Positions 1-8,486 are shown, numbered from the stretch's first letter. The stretch: 22,295 nucleotides of DNA from Promethearchaeota archaeon (GCA_048938855.1 JBHLLT010000036.1:1-22295), one strand, 5' to 3'. Numbers and translations: made by a program. Notes: generated by a model not told the origin, from the letters alone.

Positions 1-375
1 TACAGATAGGAAATTTTCTGAGTATTTACCACGAGCAGATTTGACCATTTGATTAATAATTTTATTTCTCAAAGTATGATCTTCAACCATTTCTAACTTG
101 CCCTGCATTGAAATAAAATAATAACTACTGAGATCTGCTTCGAATTTTTCTATAGAAACACATACATTGGGATTTTTAGTAAGTATTCTTTTTTTTTTAC
201 CATAATCTGTGAAGTGGAAATATAGATTTCCTTCAAATAACACATATTGAAAAGGGGAGATGTATGGATATTTATCATCCACAAACGCAATTCTACATAG
301 ATCTTGGGAATCGATTGCTTCTTTTATTTCTTTTTCACTCATTTTTGGTAATTTAATTACACTCATATTTTGCAT
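1..375 (-). CDS. Pyridoxamine 5'-phosphate oxidase / NimA-like flavin-binding split-barrel protein (3' end runs off the window)
   Basis: Absent from the ORF track. Manual translation from ATG 375 (alternative ATG 366) is open to base 1: MQNMSVIKLPKMSEKEIKEAIDSQDLCRIAFVDDKYPYISPFQYVLFEGNLYFHFTDYGKKKRILTKNPNVCVSIE. The CRIA..PY..P..Y....LYFH...GKK...NPNVC pattern is typical of PNPOx-like proteins. Confidence 0.8.
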   Translation of the reverse strand, partial: MQNMSVIKLPKMSEKEIKEAIDSQDLCRIAFVDDKYPYISPFQYVLFEGNLYFHFTDYGKKKRILTKNPNVCVSIEKFEADLSSYYFISMQGKLEMVEDHTLRNKIINQMVKSARGKYSENFLSV

Positions 376-397
376 CAATTTTTATTAATAATTAATT

Positions 398-1324
398 TTA
401 AAAAATGTTATTGTCCATTTGTAATTTAGGTATATTTTGAAATGCTCTATTAGTTTTCAGAGTATTCATAGCAACTATAGTACTTCTTTCTTTATCTTTA
501 ATTTCTAGCATTATATCAAGATCATATTCTTTTATCATTTCAATAAACTCCTTAAAATGATTTATATCAATTTCATCAGCATGTCTACATTTTCCTTTAG
601 TTGGATGTTCTGAACTGTAATGTAATATTGGCAATCCATCTTTTCTTTTCCAAGTTGTTATGGCTTTTTTAATTGCCTCAAACAATGATTCTCCTGAATT
701 TTTACATGTATGATGGTATATATCCAGGATAACAGGGATACCAGTATATTCATGAACTAATAAACAATCATTTAAATCATAACTTTTATCATCATTTTCA
801 ATTACATAATGATTCTTAATTGAGGGATCAAGTTTTTGATAATTATCAATAAATCTTTTTAGGCTTTCTTGCTTGTTCTCATAGACTCCACCAATATGAG
901 AAATTATTTTTGCTGATGAATCTAATTTTAATAAATCGAGAACATCAGCATGATATTTTAATTCCTTGATACTATTGTTTAAAACATTTGATTTTCTTGA
1001 GTTAAGTACAGTATATTGGCCAGGATGCATTGTAATCCGCATGTGATTGGTTTTAATAAAATTACCAATTTCTTCAAATCTTTTCTTAAAATAGCTTTGC
1101 CAGTCAAATTTCATTATAGGATGAGAAGCAAATGGTATTAAGTCAGAAGATATTCTGAAAAATAATATTTTATTTTCATAATTGAATTTAAGTATTCTTT
1201 TTAAACAATCTAAATTATTTCCAATAGTATCGATTAATCTTTCTTCTGAATAATTTTTCAAACGAAAAGATCTACTACTCCTACAATTTAGGGTTAAATT
1301 AATGCAGGGATATCCAATTTTCAT
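398..1324 (-). CDS. uvsE: UV DNA damage endonuclease (UvsE/UVDE family)
   Basis: MKIGYPCIN N-terminus with FRISSDLIPFASHP, MHPGQYTVLNS, HIGG, IENDDK, LDIYHH, HAD and MLEIKDKE motifs of the UVDE TIM barrel. Confidence 0.93.
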   Translation of the reverse strand: MKIGYPCINLTLNCRSSRSFRLKNYSEERLIDTIGNNLDCLKRILKFNYENKILFFRISSDLIPFASHPIMKFDWQSYFKKRFEEIGNFIKTNHMRITMHPGQYTVLNSRKSNVLNNSIKELKYHADVLDLLKLDSSAKIISHIGGVYENKQESLKRFIDNYQKLDPSIKNHYVIENDDKSYDLNDCLLVHEYTGIPVILDIYHHTCKNSGESLFEAIKKAITTWKRKDGLPILHYSSEHPTKGKCRHADEIDINHFKEFIEMIKEYDLDIMLEIKDKERSTIVAMNTLKTNRAFQNIPKLQMDNNIF

Positions 1325-1372
1325 TGTTTTTAGTTATGTTCTTTAATGATTTAGAAAAATATAAAAAAATTA

Positions 1373-1864
1373 TTATTTAATTTTATACCAAGGACCACCA
1401 TTCAATTCCTGAAAGAAATACTCCTGATCATCTTTCTTATTTATCTTTTCCCCTGCTTCTTTCGCTAATTCAAAGTATTTTTCAAAATTCTTTTTATTTT
1501 TTACCAAAGCTGATGCTCTAGCCATTGCTTCATAAGCAAATGCCAAATCAAAATCTTTGATATTATTGCTTTCTGTTAATTCTAAACATTTTTTTGCATG
1601 GTATAAAGCTGGTTCCCCTCTTTCTAAGGTAGAATAGACTCGTGAAATAATCCATTCGCCCCTCTGAAGATTTATTGCTCCACCCTTTCCTTCAGAAACT
1701 AAGATTCCCCAGTGATATCTTGATGTGTGAGCTGTATGAATCATATTTAGATCATCCTCATCATTTCGATCTTTTTTGTCAAGATAATCCCAAGTTTCAT
1801 TAAATGTATGTTTTGCTATTTTTTCATGGAATTCAATATTTTCACTTTCGATTACTTCTGACAT
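1373..1864 (-). CDS. Hypothetical all-alpha (TPR-like) protein
   Basis: 163-aa ORF with coding-like composition and motif-like segments FNETW, AHTSRYHW, RGEWIISRVY and AFAYEAMARA. Function not recognised. Confidence 0.75.
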   Translation of the reverse strand: MSEVIESENIEFHEKIAKHTFNETWDYLDKKDRNDEDDLNMIHTAHTSRYHWGILVSEGKGGAINLQRGEWIISRVYSTLERGEPALYHAKKCLELTESNNIKDFDLAFAYEAMARASALVKNKKNFEKYFELAKEAGEKINKKDDQEYFFQELNGGPWYKIK

Positions 1865-2037
1865 GTTTTATATTCACCTTTAGATGTATAAGTAATATTT
1901 ATTTCTTGAATTCTTTAATAAACCTTTTTAGAAATATAAAAATTTTTAAGCTAAATGCTAAAATGAGAAAAGCAGAGAGTGGATTATTTTATGAATTATT
2001 AATCAGCTTTTAATGAGACCAAAAGTTTAAGTTTAAA

Positions 2038-2829
2038 TTATCTGGTTTCAAAATAGAACTTAGGTCTTCTATCATTCAAAATATCATTAAATTCATTTAA
2101 CCGTTTGTCTCGCGCTCTTTGAATATCAATCTCAATAATATCGATATATGGTTTATCAATAGGAGCAGATGATAATATTTCTCCATTATAAGAAGTTATT
2201 TGACTTTTCCCTGTAAACTTAAAATGATCGGAGCCTCGTTTTTCTTCTCCAATCCTATTCGAGGTTATTATGAACACTCGATTTTCCAAACTTCTTGTCA
2301 CCATAGCATTTTGACAATATGGAAGCACTAAATTTGATGGATGTGCAATTATATCAGCACCTAAAAGTGATAGAGATCTTGCAGTTTCAGGGAAGATCCA
2401 ATCAAAACAAATCATAATACCCACTTTAAATCCATTTAAGTCATATACTTTCAAAGGTTTGTTTCCTGGAGAAAACCATAATTTTTCCTTGTAATACAAA
2501 TGAAGTTTACGATAAGAACCAATTGCACCTTTATTTGAAACTATTAGAGCAGCATTGTATATTTCTTCTCCATCTTTCTCAATAAAGCCCCCAATGACTA
2601 TAGAGTTAGTTAATTGAGCAATGTTGATAAGGAATTGGGCAGTTTCACCCTTAAGATCCTCTGCCATAGACCAAGCTTCCTCCTTATTGATAAATGTATA
2701 ACCTGTAGCAAAAAGTTCTGGTAAAACAATCAAATCTGCTTTCAGATTTTTTATAGCTTTTTCAATTTCTTTAAAATTCCGATTTTTATCTCCAAATTGT
2801 GGAGAAGTTTGTATATATCCAATTTTCAT
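2038..2829 (-). CDS. Nitrilase-superfamily carbon-nitrogen hydrolase (amidase/acyltransferase)
   Basis: Glu-Lys-Cys triad motifs LPELF, YRKLHLY and ICFDWIFPE; RSLENRVF; C-terminal DRRP. ATG 2829 (MKIGYIQ) is preferred over TTG 2838. Confidence 0.92.
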   Translation of the reverse strand: MKIGYIQTSPQFGDKNRNFKEIEKAIKNLKADLIVLPELFATGYTFINKEEAWSMAEDLKGETAQFLINIAQLTNSIVIGGFIEKDGEEIYNAALIVSNKGAIGSYRKLHLYYKEKLWFSPGNKPLKVYDLNGFKVGIMICFDWIFPETARSLSLLGADIIAHPSNLVLPYCQNAMVTRSLENRVFIITSNRIGEEKRGSDHFKFTGKSQITSYNGEILSSAPIDKPYIDIIEIDIQRARDKRLNEFNDILNDRRPKFYFETR

Positions 2830-2876
2830 AATTATCAAACTAAAAAATTTTTATAAAATATTAAAAAAAATGTATA

Positions 2877-3728
2877 TTAACCATTTTTAGATTTCTTATC
2901 CTTTCGCATAGTATAGAAGTCTTCGTAATTTTCCTTTGATTCAATTTCCCCTTTCATTTGTTCCTTTATGATTTTTTCTAAACCATCTTCTTGAAACACA
3001 TTTTTTTTAAATTTTTTCGCAGGAGCCCCTAAATATATGAAATTTTCTTCTAATTCTTGACCAACTTTAGTCATTGAATGTCCTCCTAAAATAGAATTCT
3101 TTCTTATATGTGTACCAGGCATAACAAGACTCTGAGATCCAATTACTACATTATCTTCAATAGTGGTCTTCTTTATAATAAATAAGTTTCCAATTATCAG
3201 AGCAGATTGAATCACAGCGCCCTGTCCTACAACAACATTCTTACCAAACTCAATGAACTCTGTATCAACCCACCCTTCGAATAAAGAATTAGAATATTTA
3301 GTTCTAACTCCAAACATCATAAAACAAATATTATTCATAAATGGAAAAGGAAATTTATGTGATATCCAAATTGGCCACTTTTTTATTGTATTCCTCAGAC
3401 TCCAATATTTATAATCCTTATCTGATCGATCTCTTATGAAAATACCCTCACGAGGTTTATGAATTAGATTAACAATCAAAAGCAAAATCTTAGCGAAAAT
3501 TAGAGAAACGATGATTGATGTGAGGTACATTATAAAAATTCCGATAGGTAAAAAGATGTAAAATTGAGCAAATTTATTATTAAAATATAGTTTCCAAAAT
3601 AGCCAAAATTCAAATTGAATTGAAAAAATGCTGATCCAGATTAAAAAAATATAGTATATGAGATATCTCTTCTTTACTAAAATAAGACTTGTATTTGGTC
3701 CAACTTTTAAACTAGAAGGAACAGACAT
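2877..3728 (-). CDS. Membrane-anchored hexapeptide-repeat (LbH) acyltransferase-like protein, paralog 3
   Basis: Two hydrophobic helices, HKPREGIF..DYKYWSLR linker, hexapeptide repeats (IEFGKNVVVGQGAVI, TIEDNVVIGSQSLVMPGTHIRKNSILG) and terminal YLGAPAKK. Confidence 0.8.
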   Translation of the reverse strand: MSVPSSLKVGPNTSLILVKKRYLIYYIFLIWISIFSIQFEFWLFWKLYFNNKFAQFYIFLPIGIFIMYLTSIIVSLIFAKILLLIVNLIHKPREGIFIRDRSDKDYKYWSLRNTIKKWPIWISHKFPFPFMNNICFMMFGVRTKYSNSLFEGWVDTEFIEFGKNVVVGQGAVIQSALIIGNLFIIKKTTIEDNVVIGSQSLVMPGTHIRKNSILGGHSMTKVGQELEENFIYLGAPAKKFKKNVFQEDGLEKIIKEQMKGEIESKENYEDFYTMRKDKKSKNG

Positions 3729-3731
3729 TAT

Positions 3732-4637
3732 TTACTTTTCCTCCTTATCATTGTCTAAGAGTTCTTTCTTATCTTCATCGATATTAATTTCTTGTTGAAC
3801 CTCATACTTAATTTCATCATCTACATTTACCTTATAGATGACATCTCTTCTTTGTTCTGCATATTTATTTGGTTTAAGTTTTCTAGCAAATTGAGGTCCT
3901 AAATAAATCCATCCGTCTTCTAAATATTGATTTGGAATAGTTGCCGAAAAAGCTCCGAGCACAGATTCTTTACCGAGAATTGACCCTGGAGTAACATGTG
4001 ATAATCCCCCTACAACAGTATGATCACCTAAGACAACTTTTTTTATTATTAAATATTTACCTACAACCATTGAACTCATTACAACAGCGCCTTGACCGAC
4101 AGTTACATTTCTCCCAAACTCAATGAATCCACAATCCGACCATGCATCTTGCATATGACTTGAGAAGTCTACATGAATGTTCATCCATCTAAATCCCCAC
4201 ATTATAATCCAAGGTAAGGGACCATTATTCATAAACCAGAAGACTAATTTTTTTAATTCAACTCGTAATCTCCAAAATTCATAATCTCGATCACCTTCTT
4301 CAGCCTTGAACACTCCTTCTTTAGGTTTATGAATCATATTAATAATTATCAGGAATGCTTTTGTAAACATTGCGATTCCAAATACAAAAATGAAATATAA
4401 TACAAACAACCAGACAGGGATGAGAAACATAGTAATAATCCAGGTTCCCGTTTGTTGAAAAATTAACCAAGAAACATCAAAAAATACAGCAATAGCCATA
4501 TATCCAGAAATCCATAAAATTGGGAGATAAAAACCAAGGAATTTATATCCTATTTTGCTTATCGCACTGGTTGTGACAAAATCTATAGTATAATCAACCT
4601 TTTCAGTACCTCTTTCTTTTTCTCCCTGTTCATTCAT
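3732..4637 (-). CDS. Membrane-anchored hexapeptide-repeat (LbH) acyltransferase-like protein, paralog 2
   Basis: Two TM helices, HKPKEGVF..DYEFWRLR, GPLPW, hexapeptide repeats (IEFGRNVTVGQGAVV, VLGDHTVVGGLSHVTPGSILGKESVLG) and YLGP. ATG 4637 overlaps the upstream stop (TGATG). Confidence 0.8.
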   Translation of the reverse strand: MNEQGEKERGTEKVDYTIDFVTTSAISKIGYKFLGFYLPILWISGYMAIAVFFDVSWLIFQQTGTWIITMFLIPVWLFVLYFIFVFGIAMFTKAFLIIINMIHKPKEGVFKAEEGDRDYEFWRLRVELKKLVFWFMNNGPLPWIIMWGFRWMNIHVDFSSHMQDAWSDCGFIEFGRNVTVGQGAVVMSSMVVGKYLIIKKVVLGDHTVVGGLSHVTPGSILGKESVLGAFSATIPNQYLEDGWIYLGPQFARKLKPNKYAEQRRDVIYKVNVDDEIKYEVQQEINIDEDKKELLDNDKEEK

Positions 4638-5557
4638 CAATTTGGACCTCTTTTTTTTTTTTTACTCTTTCTTTGTCTTTTTAGCTCTTGTTGTTTCTTA
4701 TAGTCTTCTGCTCGTTTCAAATCCTCTTCAGTGATTTGTAGATATTCCAAAACCTTTCTTTTAAAAATCTTTCTCAACGGAGTACCGAAATAGAAATTAT
4801 TACCTTTTACTATGTTGTATTTTGTGGTACCCGTCATAGGGAGCCACCATGAGTTATCTCCAATCTCTACTCCAGGACCGAAAAAATTAAATCCCGCAGC
4901 AGTAACATTATTTTTTATTTTAACTTTAGCAAAAGAAATGTTACCAAAAACACCTTCTACAGCGTGTGAACTGATTCCTGGATTAGTACCAATATAAGTA
5001 TTTTCTCCCACTTCTACAAATCGGTCACCAGCTAGTTGTTCTTCAATTACAGATCCTTTACCAATTTTATTAGTCCCAACAAAATTATACATCCATTTTA
5101 ATAACCAAGGGAATGGACCACGTGAAAACACATTTTTCGGATATTTTATTATGAAACTACGAAAATGATAATAATCCAAAGTTTTACTTGGTATATTTCG
5201 CGGAATGATTCCTGATTTGGATGGAGATTTCTTTTCTGAATATTTCCAGAACCATCGAGTTATGACTGCTACAATAAATGAGTGAAGCAAATAACATAGT
5301 ATTATTACGATAGGTATTGTTAATGAAGCAATAAGTGAAGGTAAATTAGTGAAAAGCGCTATAAAATTCGGGATATCTAAGAAATATATTTTATAAAACA
5401 ACATGATATAAATCATAAAAATGATTCCTGGAAATAAAAAGGAGAAAAAGTAAATCACATAGAACAATGGTAGCCACAACCGTAAATTTAGACTGATTTC
5501 TTCTTTTATAATCCCATTACCAGTATCTATATTATTTTCTGAATTTTTTGATTCCAA
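4637..5557 (-). CDS. Membrane-anchored hexapeptide-repeat (LbH) acyltransferase-like protein, paralog 1 (His-containing)
   Basis: TTG start, two TM helices, PSKSGIIP..DYYHFR, GPFPWLL..GTNKIGKG, VEVGENTYIG, SSHAVEG, GPGVEIGDNS, YFGTP and a basic tail. Confidence 0.8.
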   Translation of the reverse strand: MESKNSENNIDTGNGIIKEEISLNLRLWLPLFYVIYFFSFLFPGIIFMIYIMLFYKIYFLDIPNFIALFTNLPSLIASLTIPIVIILCYLLHSFIVAVITRWFWKYSEKKSPSKSGIIPRNIPSKTLDYYHFRSFIIKYPKNVFSRGPFPWLLKWMYNFVGTNKIGKGSVIEEQLAGDRFVEVGENTYIGTNPGISSHAVEGVFGNISFAKVKIKNNVTAAGFNFFGPGVEIGDNSWWLPMTGTTKYNIVKGNNFYFGTPLRKIFKRKVLEYLQITEEDLKRAEDYKKQQELKRQRKSKKKKRGPN

Positions 5558-5629
5558 TTTTTCTCACAAAGATTCTATTCTTCACTAAAGCTTATGTGTC
5601 GTATATTTCTTGATTATATTATGTTACTA

Positions 5630-5643
5630 TTTATAAATTTTCA
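5630..5643 (-). promoter_or_regulatory. Candidate BRE/TATA promoter of the LbH operon
   Basis: Minus strand reads gaaaaTTTATAAA about 73 nt upstream of the 5557 start. The AT-rich background makes this uncertain. Confidence 0.35.
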
Positions 5644-5771
5644 GATTAAAAATCGTAGGATAAGTGGATAAAAACATACTTTTATTTCCTTTTATTAAAA
5701 ACGCGTAATTAAAAAATTAGTAATCCAAATCTGATTTTTTCTTTAAATTTATTCAAATATTATAAGTTATA

Positions 5772-5790
5772 GATAATGACCGACATTATT
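5772..5790. promoter_or_regulatory. Palindromic operator-like site ATAATG-N5-CATTAT
   Basis: GATAATGACCGACATTATT lies in the middle of the divergent intergenic region between the LbH operon and nrdJ. Confidence 0.3.
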
Positions 5791-6038
5791 CCGACTTAAA
5801 ATTATCAGAAAATTTTAAACTATAACCATTAAAAATAAATTTACAAATTTGTGTATATTCCATAGATTTATCAAACTATAAATAATCAACCGTTAGAGAA
5901 ATCAATCAATAGCTTAATAGAAAGTAAACATTAATTTTAAATTAAAAGAAATCATAAGTTTATAGGACGGTTAAGGCAATAAAAAAAAATTAATAATTAA
6001 TTAAGCCGATAAAATTACAAGAATAATAGTTTACATAA

Positions 6039-8294
6039 GTGTTGATGAAGAAAATGCCTAATAATTCCTTCTCGTTAATAGATTTGTATCCGAAATATGT
6101 TATTAATTCAAAAGGAGAAAAGAAAAAATTTGATGAAAATAGTATAGCAAAGATATTAAACAAAGAAACTGGACTTGATATGAATATTGCGGAAAAAATT
6201 GCTGAAGACACGATTAGAAAAATCATTGGTCTCGGCGTTAAAGAAATTACCACTAATTATATAAGAGAATTAGTGTGTGTTGAATTAACTCAACGGGGTT
6301 TGAATAAGTATAGAAATCTATTTGCTCGAGCGATTAATTTAGAAAATATTTCATTTAAACTTGATGACGATTTCCTTAAAAATTATAAAGGTAAACAACC
6401 AGATTGGGGTCCTCTTGGATATATCACCTATAAGCGGACATATGCAAGAATAATTGAGAAAGAAAATAGAAAGGAAGAATTTTGGGAGACTATTCAAAGA
6501 GTAGTTGAAGGTTGTTATTCTATCCAGAAAGAACACTGTATAAAATTAAGTTTACCTTGGGATGATGAAAAATCTCAAAAATCTGCTCAAATAATGTTTG
6601 AAAAAATCTGGAATTTCAAATTATTGCCCCCTGGACGTGGACTGTGGATGATGGGAACTGAATTTATTGCTCGACATGGATCTATGTCTCTTAATAATTG
6701 TGGTTTTGCTTCTACTGAAGATATTAGCCTCAAGCATTCCAAAGCGTTCGAATTTGTAATGGATGCGCTAATGCTTGGTGTAGGTGTGGGTTTTGATACC
6801 AAAGGGGCAGGCAAGATTACTATACAAAAACCTAGAGAAGGTACCTTCGAATTTGAAATCCCTGATAGCAGAGAGGGTTGGGTAGAAGCGCTTAAGTTAA
6901 TTTTAGAAGCATATTTTTTGGGTAAGCAAGTTCCTACTTTTAATTTCAATTCAATTAGACCTGCTGGTGACCCAATAAGAGGCTTTGGAGGTGTTGCTAG
7001 TGGTCCCGGTCCTTTAAAAGCAATGTTGGAAGATATTCAAAAAATATTAGAATTAAGGATTGGACAAAAGATTACTTCTGTTGATATTGTAGATGTTATG
7101 AACCATATAGGAAAGTGTGTGGTTGCTGGAAATGTCCGTAGAAGTGCTGAAATCGCATTAGGGGATCCTACTGACCTTGATTTTGTAACTTGTAAGCAAG
7201 ATGAAAAAGCATTATACTCTCATAGATGGGCAAGTAATAACTCTGTTTTCGCAGTTAAAGGATTAGATTATTCGTTTATTGCGAATCAAATAGCGGTGAA
7301 TGGCGAACCGGGGGTTTTCTGGCTTGAAAATGCCAGAAATTATGGTAGGATGGGTGATCCGCCTAATTTTAAAGATAGTAAGGCAGCAGGGGTAAATCCA
7401 TGTGGAGAACAAACTTTAGAATCTTTTGAACTATGTTGCCTTGTAGAAACTTTTCCTTCCAGACATGAAAGTTATGAAGAATACCAGGATACATTAAAAT
7501 ATGCATATTTATATTCTAAATCAGTTACCCTTGTCAACACCCATTGGCAAGAAACTAATGCGGTCATGTTAAAAAATCGCCGAATGGGTATATCACAGAC
7601 GGGTATTATTGAAGCATTTGTAAGACATGGGAGAAGGCGAATGTTAGAATGGTGTAGTCGAGCTTATAATTATTTACAAGAATTAGATGAACAATATTCT
7701 GGTTGGCTTTGCATTCCACGTTCAATTAAGATAACTACCGTAAAACCAAGCGGAACTGTTAGTTTACTTCCAGGAGTACCACCAGGAATTCATTATCCAC
7801 ATTCAGAATATTATATAAGAAGAATTCGGCTTTCTAGTAATTCTGATCTCATAAAACATATCAGAGATGCTGGATATAAGATTGAGGATGACCTTTATTC
7901 ACCAAACACAGTGGTAGCGGAATTTCCTATTCATGAACAATATTTTGATCGTTCGAAAAACGAAGTATCCATTTGGGAACAAGCCGAAAATGCCGCGGCA
8001 TACCAAAAATATTGGTCTGACAATCAAGTATCAATTACCATTACATTTAAAGAAGAAGAAGCAGATCAAATTAAACACGTTCTTGAATGCTATGAAGATA
8101 AGTTGAAGAGCGTGAGTTTCTTACCAATAAAAGAACACGGATATAAACAAGCTCCTTATGAAGAAATTACGAAAGAACAATATGAAGAAATGATCTCAAG
8201 ATTAAAACCATTTAATTTAGATGACACAAAAGACAGAGCTATAGGTGAAAAATTTTGCGATTCGGAGTCTTGTGAAGTCAGATTTGACTTGTAA
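6039..8294 (+). CDS. nrdJ: Adenosylcobalamin-dependent (class II) ribonucleotide reductase, monomeric RTPR-like, with N-terminal ATP-cone
   Basis: ATP-cone (KYVINSKGEKKKFD...IRELVCVEL), YKRTYAR, PPGRGLW, LNNC, GNVRRSAEI, thiyl-radical motif NPCGEQ, ELCCLVE, TTVKPSGT and C-terminal redox pair FCDSESC. The true start may be ATG 6045 or 6054. Confidence 0.95.
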   Translation: MLMKKMPNNSFSLIDLYPKYVINSKGEKKKFDENSIAKILNKETGLDMNIAEKIAEDTIRKIIGLGVKEITTNYIRELVCVELTQRGLNKYRNLFARAINLENISFKLDDDFLKNYKGKQPDWGPLGYITYKRTYARIIEKENRKEEFWETIQRVVEGCYSIQKEHCIKLSLPWDDEKSQKSAQIMFEKIWNFKLLPPGRGLWMMGTEFIARHGSMSLNNCGFASTEDISLKHSKAFEFVMDALMLGVGVGFDTKGAGKITIQKPREGTFEFEIPDSREGWVEALKLILEAYFLGKQVPTFNFNSIRPAGDPIRGFGGVASGPGPLKAMLEDIQKILELRIGQKITSVDIVDVMNHIGKCVVAGNVRRSAEIALGDPTDLDFVTCKQDEKALYSHRWASNNSVFAVKGLDYSFIANQIAVNGEPGVFWLENARNYGRMGDPPNFKDSKAAGVNPCGEQTLESFELCCLVETFPSRHESYEEYQDTLKYAYLYSKSVTLVNTHWQETNAVMLKNRRMGISQTGIIEAFVRHGRRRMLEWCSRAYNYLQELDEQYSGWLCIPRSIKITTVKPSGTVSLLPGVPPGIHYPHSEYYIRRIRLSSNSDLIKHIRDAGYKIEDDLYSPNTVVAEFPIHEQYFDRSKNEVSIWEQAENAAAYQKYWSDNQVSITITFKEEEADQIKHVLECYEDKLKSVSFLPIKEHGYKQAPYEEITKEQYEEMISRLKPFNLDDTKDRAIGEKFCDSESCEVRFDL

Positions 8295-8486
8295 AGATTT
8301 AAAAAATAAATTTAGTCATTTACAAATTAATATCAATTTTATACTATTACTCAAAAATCTTAAATATAAGAATTTTTAATTGATTTTATAATATAGTTAT
8401 AGTTTTACGTAAAAAATATTAATAATCCAAATGAAAATAAATTTAACAACATAAATTTTAGAAAAATAACTAATAGATGTGATATT

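Noticed and set aside
1804-2013. 69-aa plus-strand ORF and a weak AAAAGC/GCTTTT hairpin in the 1865-2037 gap
   Set aside because: It overlaps the start of a real minus-strand gene and has AT-rich spacer composition; the hairpin is short and asymmetric.
4812-4997. 61-aa plus-strand ORF
   Set aside because: Antisense shadow inside LbH paralog 1.
5558-6038. Replication origin or cobalamin riboswitch
   Set aside because: No ORB-like repeats with G-strings, no adjacent orc1/cdc6, and no B12-box or GC-rich stems.
5990-6949. Minus-strand ORFs 5990-6253, 6351-6536 and 6587-6949
   Set aside because: Antisense shadows of nrdJ with no recognisable motifs.
6039-8294. Intein or intron in nrdJ
   Set aside because: The length (751 aa) fits cone plus core, catalytic motifs are contiguous, and no intein splice or LAGLIDADG motifs were seen.
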